Shown here one piece after another: positions 27,074-37,803 of a stretch of DNA of 64,000 bases. Positions within the stretch are counted from its first letter, which is position 1; every line of letters starts with the position of its first letter. The notes under the pieces were generated by a model that did not search any database, was not told where the DNA came from, and saw only the letters and a program-made list of their open reading frames with translations. Source of the DNA: an uncultured Candidatus Rokubacteria bacterium (lineage in GTDB: Bacteria; Methylomirabilota; Methylomirabilia; Rokubacteriales; CSP1-6); assembly GCA_963771355.1 (NCBI GenBank), contig CAVYTA010000005.1, forward strand, positions 256,001-320,000, in the 5' to 3' direction. The translations under genes and the position numbers were made by a program.

Positions 27074-29355
27074 TTCTTCGGCGCCGCGCGGAGGGCGGCC
27101 CACACCTTCTGCGGCGTCAGCGGGATCTCCACGTGCTCGATGCCGAGCGGGCGCAGCGCGTCCACCACCGCGTTGGCGATGGCCGGCGTGGAGCCGATGG
27201 TGGCGGCTTCCCCGATGCCCTTCACGCCCAGCGTCGTCCGCGGCGAGTCGGTGCGGGTGTGATCGTTCACGAAGGAGGGGAGGTCGTCGCCCTTGGGCAG
27301 CGTGTAGTCCATCAGGGTCGAGGAGAGGAGCTGGCCGTTCTCGTCGAAGGCCGCCTCCTCCCAGAGCGCCTGGCCGATGCCCTGGGCGAGGCCGCCGTGC
27401 ACCTGGCCCTGGACCAGCAGCGGGTTCACGAGGAAGCCGGCGTCGTCGATGGAGAAGTACTTGAGGATCTTCGGCTTGCCGCTGTCGCGGTCCAGCTCGA
27501 CCATGGCCACGTGCGCCCCGAAGGGGAAGAGCGTGCCATTGCCCTTGATGTCGCCGCAGGAGGTCAGCGCGCCCTTGGCCGCGGCGGCCACCTGCGACCA
27601 GGTCACCGAGCGGTTCGGCACGCCGCGCACGGAGAACTTGCCGTCGGCGTGGACGATGTCGGCCACCGCCGCCTCGAGGAGACCGGCCGCCACCTGCATC
27701 GCTTGCTCGCGCACCTTCACCGCGTTGCCCAGCGCGTGCATGCCGCCCTTGGCGATGGACCGGCTGCCGAAGGTGCCCACCCCGCTCCGGACCTTCACGG
27801 TGTCGCCCTGGATCACGGTGACGTCCGCGATGGGCACCTGCAGCTCGTCGGCCACGAGCTGGGCGAAGGCCGTCTCGTGCCCCTGGCCGTGCGAGGCCGC
27901 CCCCGTCATCACCGACACCTTGCCGTCGTCGGCCACCACCACATCGGAGGTCTCGTCGTCCTCGAAGCCGCAGATCTCGACATAGGACGCCAACCCGATG
28001 CCCACCAGGCGCCCCTGCGCGCGCGCCTGCTGCTGCTCCCGCCGCAGCTCGGCATAGCCCGCCTTGGTCAACGCGTGATCCAGGGCGCGGGCGTACTCGC
28101 CGGAGTCGTAGTTGTTGCCCATCACGGTCTGGTAGGGGAAGCGGTCGGGCGGGATGAAGTTCCGCTTCCGGACGTCCGCGGGATCCATGCCCAGCTTGGC
28201 GGCAAGGCTGTCCATGGCGCGCTCGATGAAATAGGCGGCCTCGGGCCGGCCGGCGCCGCGATAGGGCACGGTGCCCATCGTGTTCGTGAAGGCCACCTGG
28301 ATGTCCACCCGCGCAGTCTGGATGTCGTAGCAGCCGGTGATCATCTGCCCGCAGAGCACGGGCAGGAGGCACCCGACGTGATAGAGGCAGAAGCCCGCGT
28401 TGCCCACGATCTTGGCGTCGAGGGCCAGGATGCGGCCCGTCTTGTCGGCGGCCAGCCGGAGATGAATGCGCACGTCGCGCCCATGCCCGGTCACCTGGAG
28501 ATCCTCGCTCCGCGTCGCTGCCCACTTCACCGGGCGCTTGAGCCGGCGTGCCAGCAGCGGAACGATGGTGTCCTCCTGATAGACGGGCACCTTGGCGCCG
28601 AAGCCGCCGCCGACGCGGCCGGTCATGAGGTGGATCTGGTCGGGCTGGAGCTTGAGCCGCTCGGCGATCTGGTTCCGCATGGTGTGCGGGATCTGGGTGT
28701 CGCCGTACATGACCATCCGCTGCGCCTTCTCGTCCCAGGCCGCGCTGCAGGCGCGCGGCTCCATGCAGACCGGCAGCACGCGCTGGTTGAACATGTGCAT
28801 GTCCACCACCACGTCCGCCTTCTTGAACGCCGCGTCCACCTCGCCGGACTCGGCCTTGAGGCTCACGCCGAGATTGGTCTTGGTGTCAGGATAGAGGAGC
28901 GGCGCGCCGGGCTTCAGCGCTTCCGCCGCGTCCACCACCACCGGCAGCGGCTCGTAGTCCACCATCACCGCGTCGGCGCCGTCCACCGCGGCGGCGGGGC
29001 TCTCCGCCGCCACCACCACCACGGGCTCGCCCACATGGCGCACCCGGCCCTCGGCGAGCAGCGTGTGCCCCTGGCGATTCATCGAGGCGAACATCTCGGG
29101 CGGCAGCGGCGTGTGGATGACGCCCACTTCCGCGTTGAGATCGGCGCCGGTGAGGACGGCCACCACCCCCGGCACCGCCCGGGCGGCCTTGGTATCGATG
29201 CTCTTGAGCACGGCATGGGCGTGCGGGCTCCGGACAAAGGCCAGGTACACCGCCCCCGCGAGCTTGAAGTCGTTGACGTAGGGATCGCTGCCGGTGATGA
29301 GCTTGGGGTCTTCGACGCGCTTGATCGGGCGCCCGACGTATTGCTGGACAGGCAT
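27070..29355 (-). CDS. Xanthine dehydrogenase family molybdopterin-binding large subunit (CoxL/CutL-like)
   Basis: RVEDPKLITG, RSPHAHA, VGGGFGAK, PYRGAGRPEA, HGQGHET, GTFGSRS, KGIGEAATIG. Confidence 0.92.
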   Translation of the reverse strand: MPVQQYVGRPIKRVEDPKLITGSDPYVNDFKLAGAVYLAFVRSPHAHAVLKSIDTKAARAVPGVVAVLTGADLNAEVGVIHTPLPPEMFASMNRQGHTLLAEGRVRHVGEPVVVVAAESPAAAVDGADAVMVDYEPLPVVVDAAEALKPGAPLLYPDTKTNLGVSLKAESGEVDAAFKKADVVVDMHMFNQRVLPVCMEPRACSAAWDEKAQRMVMYGDTQIPHTMRNQIAERLKLQPDQIHLMTGRVGGGFGAKVPVYQEDTIVPLLARRLKRPVKWAATRSEDLQVTGHGRDVRIHLRLAADKTGRILALDAKIVGNAGFCLYHVGCLLPVLCGQMITGCYDIQTARVDIQVAFTNTMGTVPYRGAGRPEAAYFIERAMDSLAAKLGMDPADVRKRNFIPPDRFPYQTVMGNNYDSGEYARALDHALTKAGYAELRREQQQARAQGRLVGIGLASYVEICGFEDDETSDVVVADDGKVSVMTGAASHGQGHETAFAQLVADELQVPIADVTVIQGDTVKVRSGVGTFGSRSIAKGGMHALGNAVKVREQAMQVAAGLLEAAVADIVHADGKFSVRGVPNRSVTWSQVAAAAKGALTSCGDIKGNGTLFPFGAHVAMVELDRDSGKPKILKYFSIDDAGFLVNPLLVQGQVHGGLAQGIGQALWEEAAFDENGQLLSSTLMDYTLPKGDDLPSFVNDHTRTDSPRTTLGVKGIGEAATIGSTPAIANAVVDALRPLGIEHVEIPLTPQKVWAALRAAPKK

Positions 29356-29468
29356 ACCGTGGCCTCCCTTGCGAGTGAGCGGGCTGGACGGCCCCGAGGG
29401 GCCGGCGACCGTCGAATGGTAACACAGCGAGTTTGACGGAACCGAGGCGAGGTGACATCCTGTAGCGC

Positions 29469-30695
29469 GTGCTCGATTCCGCCGAAGCTTCGCTCCGACG
29501 CGACGTCCGCGTCATCGGTCTCGTCGGCTCCGCTCACTTCTTCAGTCACTTCTTCCAGCTCGTGCTGCCGCCGCTCTTCCCCATTCTCAAGGACGAGCTG
29601 GGCGTGCCTTACGTCGCGCTGGGCCTGGTGATGGGCGTCTTCTTCGCGGCGTCGGGGATCGGCCAGACGGTGTCCGGCTTCCTGGTGGACCGCTGGGGCG
29701 CCGCCCGCGTGCTGCTGGCGGGGATGGCGCTGCTCGCGGGCGCCATGGCCGCCATCGGCCTCACGCATTCGTACGGGGCGCTGCTCGGGGTGGCCATCCT
29801 CGCCGGGCTCGGCAATAGCGTCTTCCATCCCGCGGACTACTCGATCTTCAACGCGTCGGTGAACGCGCGCCGGCTCGGCCGCGCCTATAGCGTGCACGGG
29901 ATCTGCGGCAATCTCGGCTGGACGGCGGCGCCCGCGGTGGTGGTCGGTCTCACCGGGCTGTACGGCTGGCGCGCCGCGCTCACGATCGTGGGCACAGTGG
30001 GGCTGGGCGCGGTCGCGCTCCTCGCCACCCAGGCGCATCTCCTCGCCGACGGCGGAGGTCGAGCCGCGGCGCCCGCCATGGGCCGACCCCGGAACCTGGC
30101 CGACGATCTCCGTCTCCTCACCGCCGCGCCCATCCTGGCCGCCTTCGGCTACTTCACGCTGCTGGCGATCTCGCTCATCGGCATGCAGACCTTCTCGGTG
30201 GCCGCGCTCATGGCCATCTACCACGTGCCGCTCGGACTGGCCACCGGCGCGCTCACCGCGATGTTCCTCGGCTCCGCGCTGGGCGTGCTCGCGGGCGGCG
30301 TGCTCGCCGACCGCACCTCGCGCCACCACGTGGTGGCGGCGAGCGGCATGACCGCGGGCGCCGTGCTGGCCCTGGTGCTCGCGAGCGCGGCGCCCCCGGC
30401 GGCGCTCCTGCCGGTGGTGATGGCGCTGGCGGGCTTCTTCCTGGGCTCCACCTCGCCGTCGCGCGACATGCTGGTGCGCGCGGCGACGCCGCCCGGCGCC
30501 TCCGGCAAGGTGTATGGCTTCGTCTACTCCGGGCTGGACCTCGGCTCGGCGCTCACGCCGCTGGCCTTCGGCTGGCTGCTCGACCACGGCGAGCCGCGCG
30601 CCGTCTTCGTGGTGGCGGCGGTCTTCATGCTCCTCACCATCGCCACCGTGGTCCAGGTGCGCCGTCATGGCGTTCCCGCCGTCGCCCGCGCCTGA
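29469..30695 (+). CDS. MFS transporter (Fsr-like)
   Basis: AHFFSHFFQ, GLGNSVFHP, multiple TM helices. Confidence 0.88.
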   Translation: MLDSAEASLRRDVRVIGLVGSAHFFSHFFQLVLPPLFPILKDELGVPYVALGLVMGVFFAASGIGQTVSGFLVDRWGAARVLLAGMALLAGAMAAIGLTHSYGALLGVAILAGLGNSVFHPADYSIFNASVNARRLGRAYSVHGICGNLGWTAAPAVVVGLTGLYGWRAALTIVGTVGLGAVALLATQAHLLADGGGRAAAPAMGRPRNLADDLRLLTAAPILAAFGYFTLLAISLIGMQTFSVAALMAIYHVPLGLATGALTAMFLGSALGVLAGGVLADRTSRHHVVAASGMTAGAVLALVLASAAPPAALLPVVMALAGFFLGSTSPSRDMLVRAATPPGASGKVYGFVYSGLDLGSALTPLAFGWLLDHGEPRAVFVVAAVFMLLTIATVVQVRRHGVPAVARA

Positions 30696-31029
30696 GGGAG
30701 CGGCCCCGGGCGGTCCCACGCCGGGCGGCAGCACGCCGGACGGTAAGGTCGCCCACTGCGATCTCTGCCGGGCCAAGAAGATCACGCCCTGGTATCACGA
30801 GGACGAGATCTGCTGGATCGCGGAGTGCGACATCTGCGAGACCCCGATGGTGGTCTGGCGCCGGCACGGGGTCACGCCGCCCGCCGAGGACCTCGCCCAC
30901 ATGCTGACGTGCCTCAAGAAGGTGGCCGCGGAGCGCGTGGGCGAGTACTGGGTGGACGACCACATGCGGAATATCCCCGACCACTTCCACGCGCACGCGC
31001 GCCCCCGCGGCGGCTTCTTCGGTCGCTAG
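30667..31029 (+). CDS. Small Cys/His-rich HIT-like protein (start uncertain)
   Basis: CDLC, CDIC and C-terminal DHFHAHAR (HxHxH). Confidence 0.7.
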   Translation: MAFPPSPAPEGAAPGGPTPGGSTPDGKVAHCDLCRAKKITPWYHEDEICWIAECDICETPMVVWRRHGVTPPAEDLAHMLTCLKKVAAERVGEYWVDDHMRNIPDHFHAHARPRGGFFGR

Positions 31030-31042
31030 CGCTTCCGCTCCC

Positions 31043-32360
31043 GTGCGGCTTCCCTTCTTCTACGGCTGGGTGGTGGTGGCCTCCGCGTTCGTCACCATGG
31101 CCATCGGGGTCAACGCGCGGACCGCCTTCTCGCTCTTGTTTCCGCCCATCCTCGACGAGTTCGGCTGGGAGCGCGGGCTCACCGCGGGCGCCTTCGCGGT
31201 GGGGTTCGTGGTCTCGACGCCGTTCTCACCCTGGCTCGGCTGGCTGATGGACCGCCGCGGGGTGCGGGCGCTGATGCTGCTCGGCGTGCTCATGATGGGG
31301 AGTGGGCTCGCGCTGGCCACCCTGATCACGCGCCCGTGGCATCTCTACCTCACCCTGGGCTTTCTCGTCTCGGGCGGCAGCCTCTGCCTGGGCTATACCG
31401 GGCACGCGCTGTTCCTGCCCCACTGGTTCGCGCGCCGTCGCGGGCTGGCCATGGGCATCGCGTTCTCCGGCGTGGGGGTGGGCTCCATCGTGCTGCTGCC
31501 GTGGGCGCAGCACCTCATCACCACGCGGGGCTGGCGGACGGCCTGCGTCGGGCTCGCGGTGGTCATGTTCGCCGTGCTGATCCCCCTCAATGCCATCTTC
31601 CCGCGCCGCCGTCCCGGAGGACATCGGGCTCTTGCCCGACGGCGCCCGAGCGCAACCGGCCGGCACTCCCGCGGTCGCGCCCGTCAATATCGTGGATCCC
31701 GTCTGGGCCGCCACCGAGTGGACCCTGGCTCGCGCCACACGGACCGCGCGCTTCTGGTGGGTGTTCATCGGCTTCTTCACGGGGCTCTTCGCCTGGTACG
31801 CGATCCAGGTCCACCAGACGCGCTATCTGATCGACATCGGGTTCCGCCCCGAGCCGGCCGCGTATGCGCTGGGCATGGTCGCCCTCGCCGGGGTGGTGGG
31901 GCAGATCGCGATGGGGCATCTCTCGGACCGCTTCGGCCGCGAGCCGATCTGGACCCTCGGCTGCGCGGGTTTCGTGGCGTGCTTCCTGCTCCTCCTCGCC
32001 ATGCGCACATCTCCCACGTCCTCCCTCCTCTGGGCCATGGTGCTGACGCAGGGCGTGCTCGGCTACGGCATGGCCTCGGTGTTCGCTGCCATTCCGGCCG
32101 AGCTCTTCCAGGGGCGGCACTACGGCAGTGTCTTCGGCACGCTCTCCCTCGCCATCGGCTTCGGGTCGGGCGCGGGCCCCTGGGTGACGGGGTGGCTGCA
32201 CGACCGCACCGGCGACTACGTGCTGGCCTTCGAGGTGGGGATTGCCGCCAGCCTGATCTCGGCGGTCGCGATATGGCTCGCGGCTCCACGCAAGGTCCGG
32301 CTGGTGGCGGGACGTGTTCCGCGCGCGGGCGCCGCGGCAGGGAAGTCGGCCGGCGCCTGA
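31043..32360 (+). CDS. MFS transporter (OFA/MCT-like); +1 frameshift near 31615
   Basis: FFYGWVVV, HWFARRRGLAMGIAFSGVG; RRRP continues as EDIGLLPDG in the next frame. Confidence 0.87.
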
Positions 32361-32418
32361 CCGCTCCGCGCGGCGCTCACGCAGCGTATACTGCGGGCGT
32401 CTGGAGGACGACACCCTG

Positions 32419-32607
32419 ATGACGAAGCATGGCGTGATGCCGGGCGGTTGCGCGGGCCCACCATTTGGCTGGAGAACGCGTCGCACTGCTCCGGCGCCGC
32501 CGACCGGTGGCGAGCCCCGTCCCGCTCCGCTCTGGAAGCGTGTCCTGATCGCGTGCCGGCTCAGCGCGCCGGCATCGCCGCCGCCCCGCCCGCCGAGTCG
32601 CTCCTAA
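32419..32607 (+). CDS. Possible 62-aa Pro-rich small protein
   Basis: TATACT near 32387, GGAGG at 32403-32407; fills an otherwise empty gap. Confidence 0.4.
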   Translation: MTKHGVMPGGCAGPPFGWRTRRTAPAPPTGGEPRPAPLWKRVLIACRLSAPASPPPRPPSRS

Positions 32608-32622
32608 CCTTCCGCCCAGGCC

Positions 32623-33156
32623 GTGGCCGACCCGAGCCCGCCCGTCCCGCGATCCCCCCTCCCGCGGTCGATCGACGAGTGGGCACAGCATCCGCGCGAG
32701 GCGCGGCTGGCGCGGCTCGCGCGCACCGCCGACGACCTGGAGGCGACCGTGCGCGGCCGCGACGTGCCCACGCTGACGCGCCGGCCCGATGCGGCGAACT
32801 GGGCGCCCATCGAGGTGCTCTGCCATCTCCGCGACGCCGAGGAGTCCTTTCTCGACCGCCTCCGCCAGATCATGGCCACCGACGAGCCGCGCTTTCCCTC
32901 CGTGAACCCCAATCGCGTGGCCGAGGAGCGGGAGTATCTTCGGCAGCAGTCGGACGACGCCCTCGCGGCGTTCCGCCGCCATCGCGAGGGCTCCCTCGCC
33001 TTCTTCGGCGCGCTCCGAGGGAACGACTGGACCCGCGCCGGCCATCAGATGGACTCGCGGGGACGACGCACGCTCGACGATTTCCTCTCCCTGATGGCCT
33101 GGCACGACGAGAATCATCTGGCCCAGCTTGCGCGCGCGCTGCGGGGCGAGCCGTGA
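32623..33156 (+). CDS. DinB/YfiT family metal-binding protein
   Basis: WAPIEVLCHLRDAE...WHDENHLAQL (His triad). Confidence 0.87.
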   Translation: MADPSPPVPRSPLPRSIDEWAQHPREARLARLARTADDLEATVRGRDVPTLTRRPDAANWAPIEVLCHLRDAEESFLDRLRQIMATDEPRFPSVNPNRVAEEREYLRQQSDDALAAFRRHREGSLAFFGALRGNDWTRAGHQMDSRGRRTLDDFLSLMAWHDENHLAQLARALRGEP

Positions 33157-33166
33157 GGGCGAGGGC

Positions 33167-34328
33167 GTGACGGCCGGTGCCCTGGCCGACGAGCCGCTGC
33201 CCCCGGAGCTCGAGGCGCTCCGGGCTCGGGCCCGCGCCTTCGCCGCGGACGTGCTGCTGCCCGCCGAGCGGGAGGCGCGCGTGGGCGAGGAGGGACAGGC
33301 CGCGCCGGAGCTGCGCCGGCTGATCCGGTCTCGCGCGGAGGCGGCGGGGCTCTTTCGCCTCGCCCAGCCGGTGGAGCTGGGCAGGCGGTGGACTCGGGCC
33401 GCTCGGCCAGGTGGCGTTGCACGAGGCGCTGGCCGCGACCGGGGCGGTCCTGGCCGGGCTCGTGGTGGGAGGCTCGGGCGGGCTCTTGCGCCATGGCAAT
33501 GCCGAGCAGCGCGAGCGCTTTCTCCTGCCCGTGCTCCGCGGCGAGCTGGCGACGTCCTTCGCCTTCACCGACGCGCGCGAGGGACCGCGCACCACCGCCA
33601 CGCGCGAGGATGACCGCTTCCGGGTGAGCGGCGTGAAGTCTTTTGTCACCGACGGCCCGGCCGCCGATCTGCTCCTCACGGTCGCGCGCGTGGTGGATAA
33701 CGCGGGCGCGTCCCAGGGCACCGCGGTGTTCGTGATCCCGCGCGCGGCCGCCGGCGTGACGCTCCGTCGCACCCTGGCCACGCTGGACGGCGCGTTGCAC
33801 GGCGAGTTCGAGCTGCGCGACGTGCGCGTTCCGGCCGCGGACATGATCGGCGAGGTGGGGCAGGGGCTCCCCCGCGCCCTCGAGGACATCGCGGCCACCC
33901 GGCTGCGCCTGTCCGCCACCGCCTGCGGCGCCGCGCGCTGGACGCTCGACTGGGTGCTCGGGCAGGTGGACCGTCCGCATCGCAGCGGCACGCCGCTGGC
34001 CGAGCGCGAGCAAGTCCAGGCCATGCTCGCCGAGAGCGCTCTGGATCTCTTCGCCGCGCGCTCGGCGGTCTATTCAGTAGCGCGCCTCGTCGCATCGGAC
34101 GAGCCGGCGGACGTGGAGACCGCCATGGCCAAGGCGCTCGCCACCGAGGCGGTGGCCCGCGTGGTGGATCGCGCGATCCAGCTCACCGGCGGCGCCGCGG
34201 TGGTGGCGGGTCATCCGCTGGAGCGGCTCTACCGCCGCATCCGCTCGTGGCGCATCGCCGAGGGAACCACCGAGGTGCTCCGCCTCACCATCGCGCGCGG
34301 CCTCCTCGCGCGCCGCCGCGGCCCCTAG
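33167..34328 (+). CDS. Acyl-CoA dehydrogenase family protein; +1 frameshift near 33383
   Basis: PVELG|GGGLG, SFAFTD, SGVKSFVT, AIQLTGG, RIAEGTTEV. Confidence 0.87.
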
Positions 34329-34377
34329 CGCGTCGCCGCGCCCGGAAAACTTGCTCACCCTCGTCAAGGAGCCCGTC

Positions 34378-35172
34378 ATGCGCCCCAACCGACTCCGTGA
34401 ACTGCTGCGCGCCGGTCAGCCCACCTTCGGCACTCACCTCCACACCGTGTGGCCGGCGGTGGCGGAGCTGGTGGGTCACTCCGGTGCCTTCGACTACATC
34501 GAGTTCGTGGGTGAGTACGCCCCCTATGACCTCTTCGCCCTGGAGAACTTCGCGCGGGCGGTGGACACCTTCCCCCACATGTCGGCGATGATGAAGATCG
34601 AGCAGCAGCCGCGGACCTACCTGGCCGTGCGCGCCATCGGCGCCGGCATCCAGAATCTGCTCTTCGCCGACCCGCGCACGGTGGACGACGTGCGCGAGTG
34701 CGTGCGCGCAGTGCGGGCGGAGTCGCCGGCCACCGGCGGCATCCACGGCGTCGGCATGCGCCGCGACGTGGGCTACGTGGTGGACGTGGGCTCGCCCGCC
34801 TTCGTCCAGGCGCTGGAGGACGCGGTGGTGGCGGTGATGATCGAGAAAGCGTCCGCGGTGGAGAGCGTGGAGGCGATGCTCTCGGTGAAGGGCGTGGACA
34901 TGGTGCAGTTCGGCCCCGCGGACTACTCCATGAGCATCGGGCTGGCGGGGCAGTGGGATCACCCGCGGGTGCAGGAGGCGGAGGCGCACGTGATCAAGAC
35001 CGCGCTGCGCCTGGGCGTGGCCCCGCGCGTGGAGATCGATCACCCCGATCAGGCGCGGCGCTACCTGGACATGGGCGTGCGGCATTTCTGCATGGGCTGG
35101 GACGTCGGCATTCTCTTCGACTGGTTCAAGACCCAGGGCGCGGCCATCCGCGCTATGGTAAAGGCCGGCTGA
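34378..35172 (+). CDS. HpcH/HpaI family class II aldolase
   Basis: AAGGAG RBS; VMIE, FGPADYSMSIG. Confidence 0.85.
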   Translation: MRPNRLRELLRAGQPTFGTHLHTVWPAVAELVGHSGAFDYIEFVGEYAPYDLFALENFARAVDTFPHMSAMMKIEQQPRTYLAVRAIGAGIQNLLFADPRTVDDVRECVRAVRAESPATGGIHGVGMRRDVGYVVDVGSPAFVQALEDAVVAVMIEKASAVESVEAMLSVKGVDMVQFGPADYSMSIGLAGQWDHPRVQEAEAHVIKTALRLGVAPRVEIDHPDQARRYLDMGVRHFCMGWDVGILFDWFKTQGAAIRAMVKAG

Positions 35173-35199
35173 AGGGCCCCGACCCCAAGGAGGAGTGGG

Positions 35200-36612
35200 A
35201 TGGCGACGGCGAACGGCATGGCCCGCGAGGCGCTGGGCTATCTGGACGGGCATCTCGGCGACTGGAAGCGGGTCCTGGTGAACCTCTGCCGCATCCCGAG
35301 CATGTCGGCGTCGGGGTTCCCGGTGGAGCAGGTCCGTCGCTCCGCCCAGGCGGTGGCGCAGGCCCTGACCGACGCCGGCGTCGAGAACGTCCAGGTGCTC
35401 ACCATTCCCGGCGTGCATCCGTATGTGTACGGGGACTGGCTGCACCGGCCGGACGCGCCCACCGTGCTCCTCTACGGGCATCACGACGTCCAGCCGCCGG
35501 GCCGCGAGGACAAATGGCTCTCGCCCGCCTTCGAGCCCACCGAGCGTGACGGCCGCCTCTACGGCCGGGGGACCGCCGACGACAAGGGCGGCGTCATGGC
35601 GCACGTGGCCGCGGTGGGGTCGTATCTCCGCTCGGCGGGGACCTTGCCGGTGAACGTGAAGTTCATCATCGAGGGCGAGGAGGAGATCGGCTCGATGAAC
35701 CTGGGCCGCTTCCTCGAGCAGTACAAGAAGAGCGTGGCGGCGGACTTCATCGTGCTCACCGACACCGGCAACTACGACGTCGGGCATCCCGCGCTCACGT
35801 ATCAGCTCCGCGGCCTCTGCGAGCTCGACGTGGAAGTGCAGGCGCTGCGCCAGCCCCTGCACAGCGGCTACAGCGGCCCGGTGCCGGATCCGGTGCAGAT
35901 CCTCTGCGCGCTCATCGCCGACCTGCGCACCCGGGACGGGGCGCTGAATGTCCCCGGCCTCTACAAGAAGGTCGCCCGGCCCAGCGCCAAGCAGCTCGCG
36001 CGCATCCGCTCCTTGCCTCTCAGCGAGGCCAAGTTCAAGAAGGAGTCCGGCATGCTGCCGGGCGTGCAGCTCTGGGGCGAGAAGAAGTTCTCGCTGCTGG
36101 AACAGATGTGGACGCGCCCCGCGCTCACCGTCATCGCGCTGGAGGCGCGGCCGTTCCTCGGCTCCTCCAACCAGATCATCGAGGCGGCGCGCGCCCGGCT
36201 CTCACTGCGCACGGTGCCCGGCATGGATGCGCGCGAGGCCGGCCGCCTCATCGTCAAGAAGCTGACCCGCAAGCCGCCCTTCGGCGCCAAGGTCACCGCC
36301 AAGGTCAATGGGACCACGCCGTGGTGGACCACTGATCCCGAGGGCCCCGCCTTCGAGGCGGCGCGGCGCGCGCTCCGGTCGGGCTTCGGGAAGGCCACCG
36401 CGATGGTCGGGTCCGGCGGCACCATCGGATTCGTCCAGCCCTTCGCCGATCTGCTCAAGGGCGCGCCCTGCATCCTCATGGGCGTCATCGATCCCTATAC
36501 CCAGGCGCATTCCGAGAACGAGAGCCTGCACCTGGGCGACTGGGTCAAGGCCATGCGCTCCACCATCCACCTCTACGACGAGCTGGCGCAGGTGCCGGCG
36601 GGAAAGCGCTGA
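35200..36612 (+). CDS. M20 family metallo-dipeptidase/deacylase
   Basis: YGHHDVQP, GRGTADDKG, EGEEEIGS, AHSENESL. Confidence 0.9.
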   Translation: MATANGMAREALGYLDGHLGDWKRVLVNLCRIPSMSASGFPVEQVRRSAQAVAQALTDAGVENVQVLTIPGVHPYVYGDWLHRPDAPTVLLYGHHDVQPPGREDKWLSPAFEPTERDGRLYGRGTADDKGGVMAHVAAVGSYLRSAGTLPVNVKFIIEGEEEIGSMNLGRFLEQYKKSVAADFIVLTDTGNYDVGHPALTYQLRGLCELDVEVQALRQPLHSGYSGPVPDPVQILCALIADLRTRDGALNVPGLYKKVARPSAKQLARIRSLPLSEAKFKKESGMLPGVQLWGEKKFSLLEQMWTRPALTVIALEARPFLGSSNQIIEAARARLSLRTVPGMDAREAGRLIVKKLTRKPPFGAKVTAKVNGTTPWWTTDPEGPAFEAARRALRSGFGKATAMVGSGGTIGFVQPFADLLKGAPCILMGVIDPYTQAHSENESLHLGDWVKAMRSTIHLYDELAQVPAGKR

Positions 36613-36619
36613 GGACGGC

Positions 36620-36650
36620 ATGGTTCGGATACTCCAGTGTTCCTGGTGGC

Positions 36651-36676
<26 letters not shown>
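36620..36676 (+). CDS. Trp-Trp leader peptide (TrpL-like), 18 aa: MVRILQCSWWRPPVSAAP
   Basis: GAGGA RBS at 36611-36615, tandem TGG TGG at 36644-36649, located directly upstream of trpS. Confidence 0.8.
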
Positions 36677-37791
<1,115 letters not shown>

Positions 37792-37803
37792 GGGGGGCCG
37801 GGC

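Noticed and set aside
27070..29355. Aerobic CO dehydrogenase (coxL form I)
   Set aside because: Lacks the AYxCSFR Cu-binding motif and has no adjacent coxS/coxM or accessory genes.
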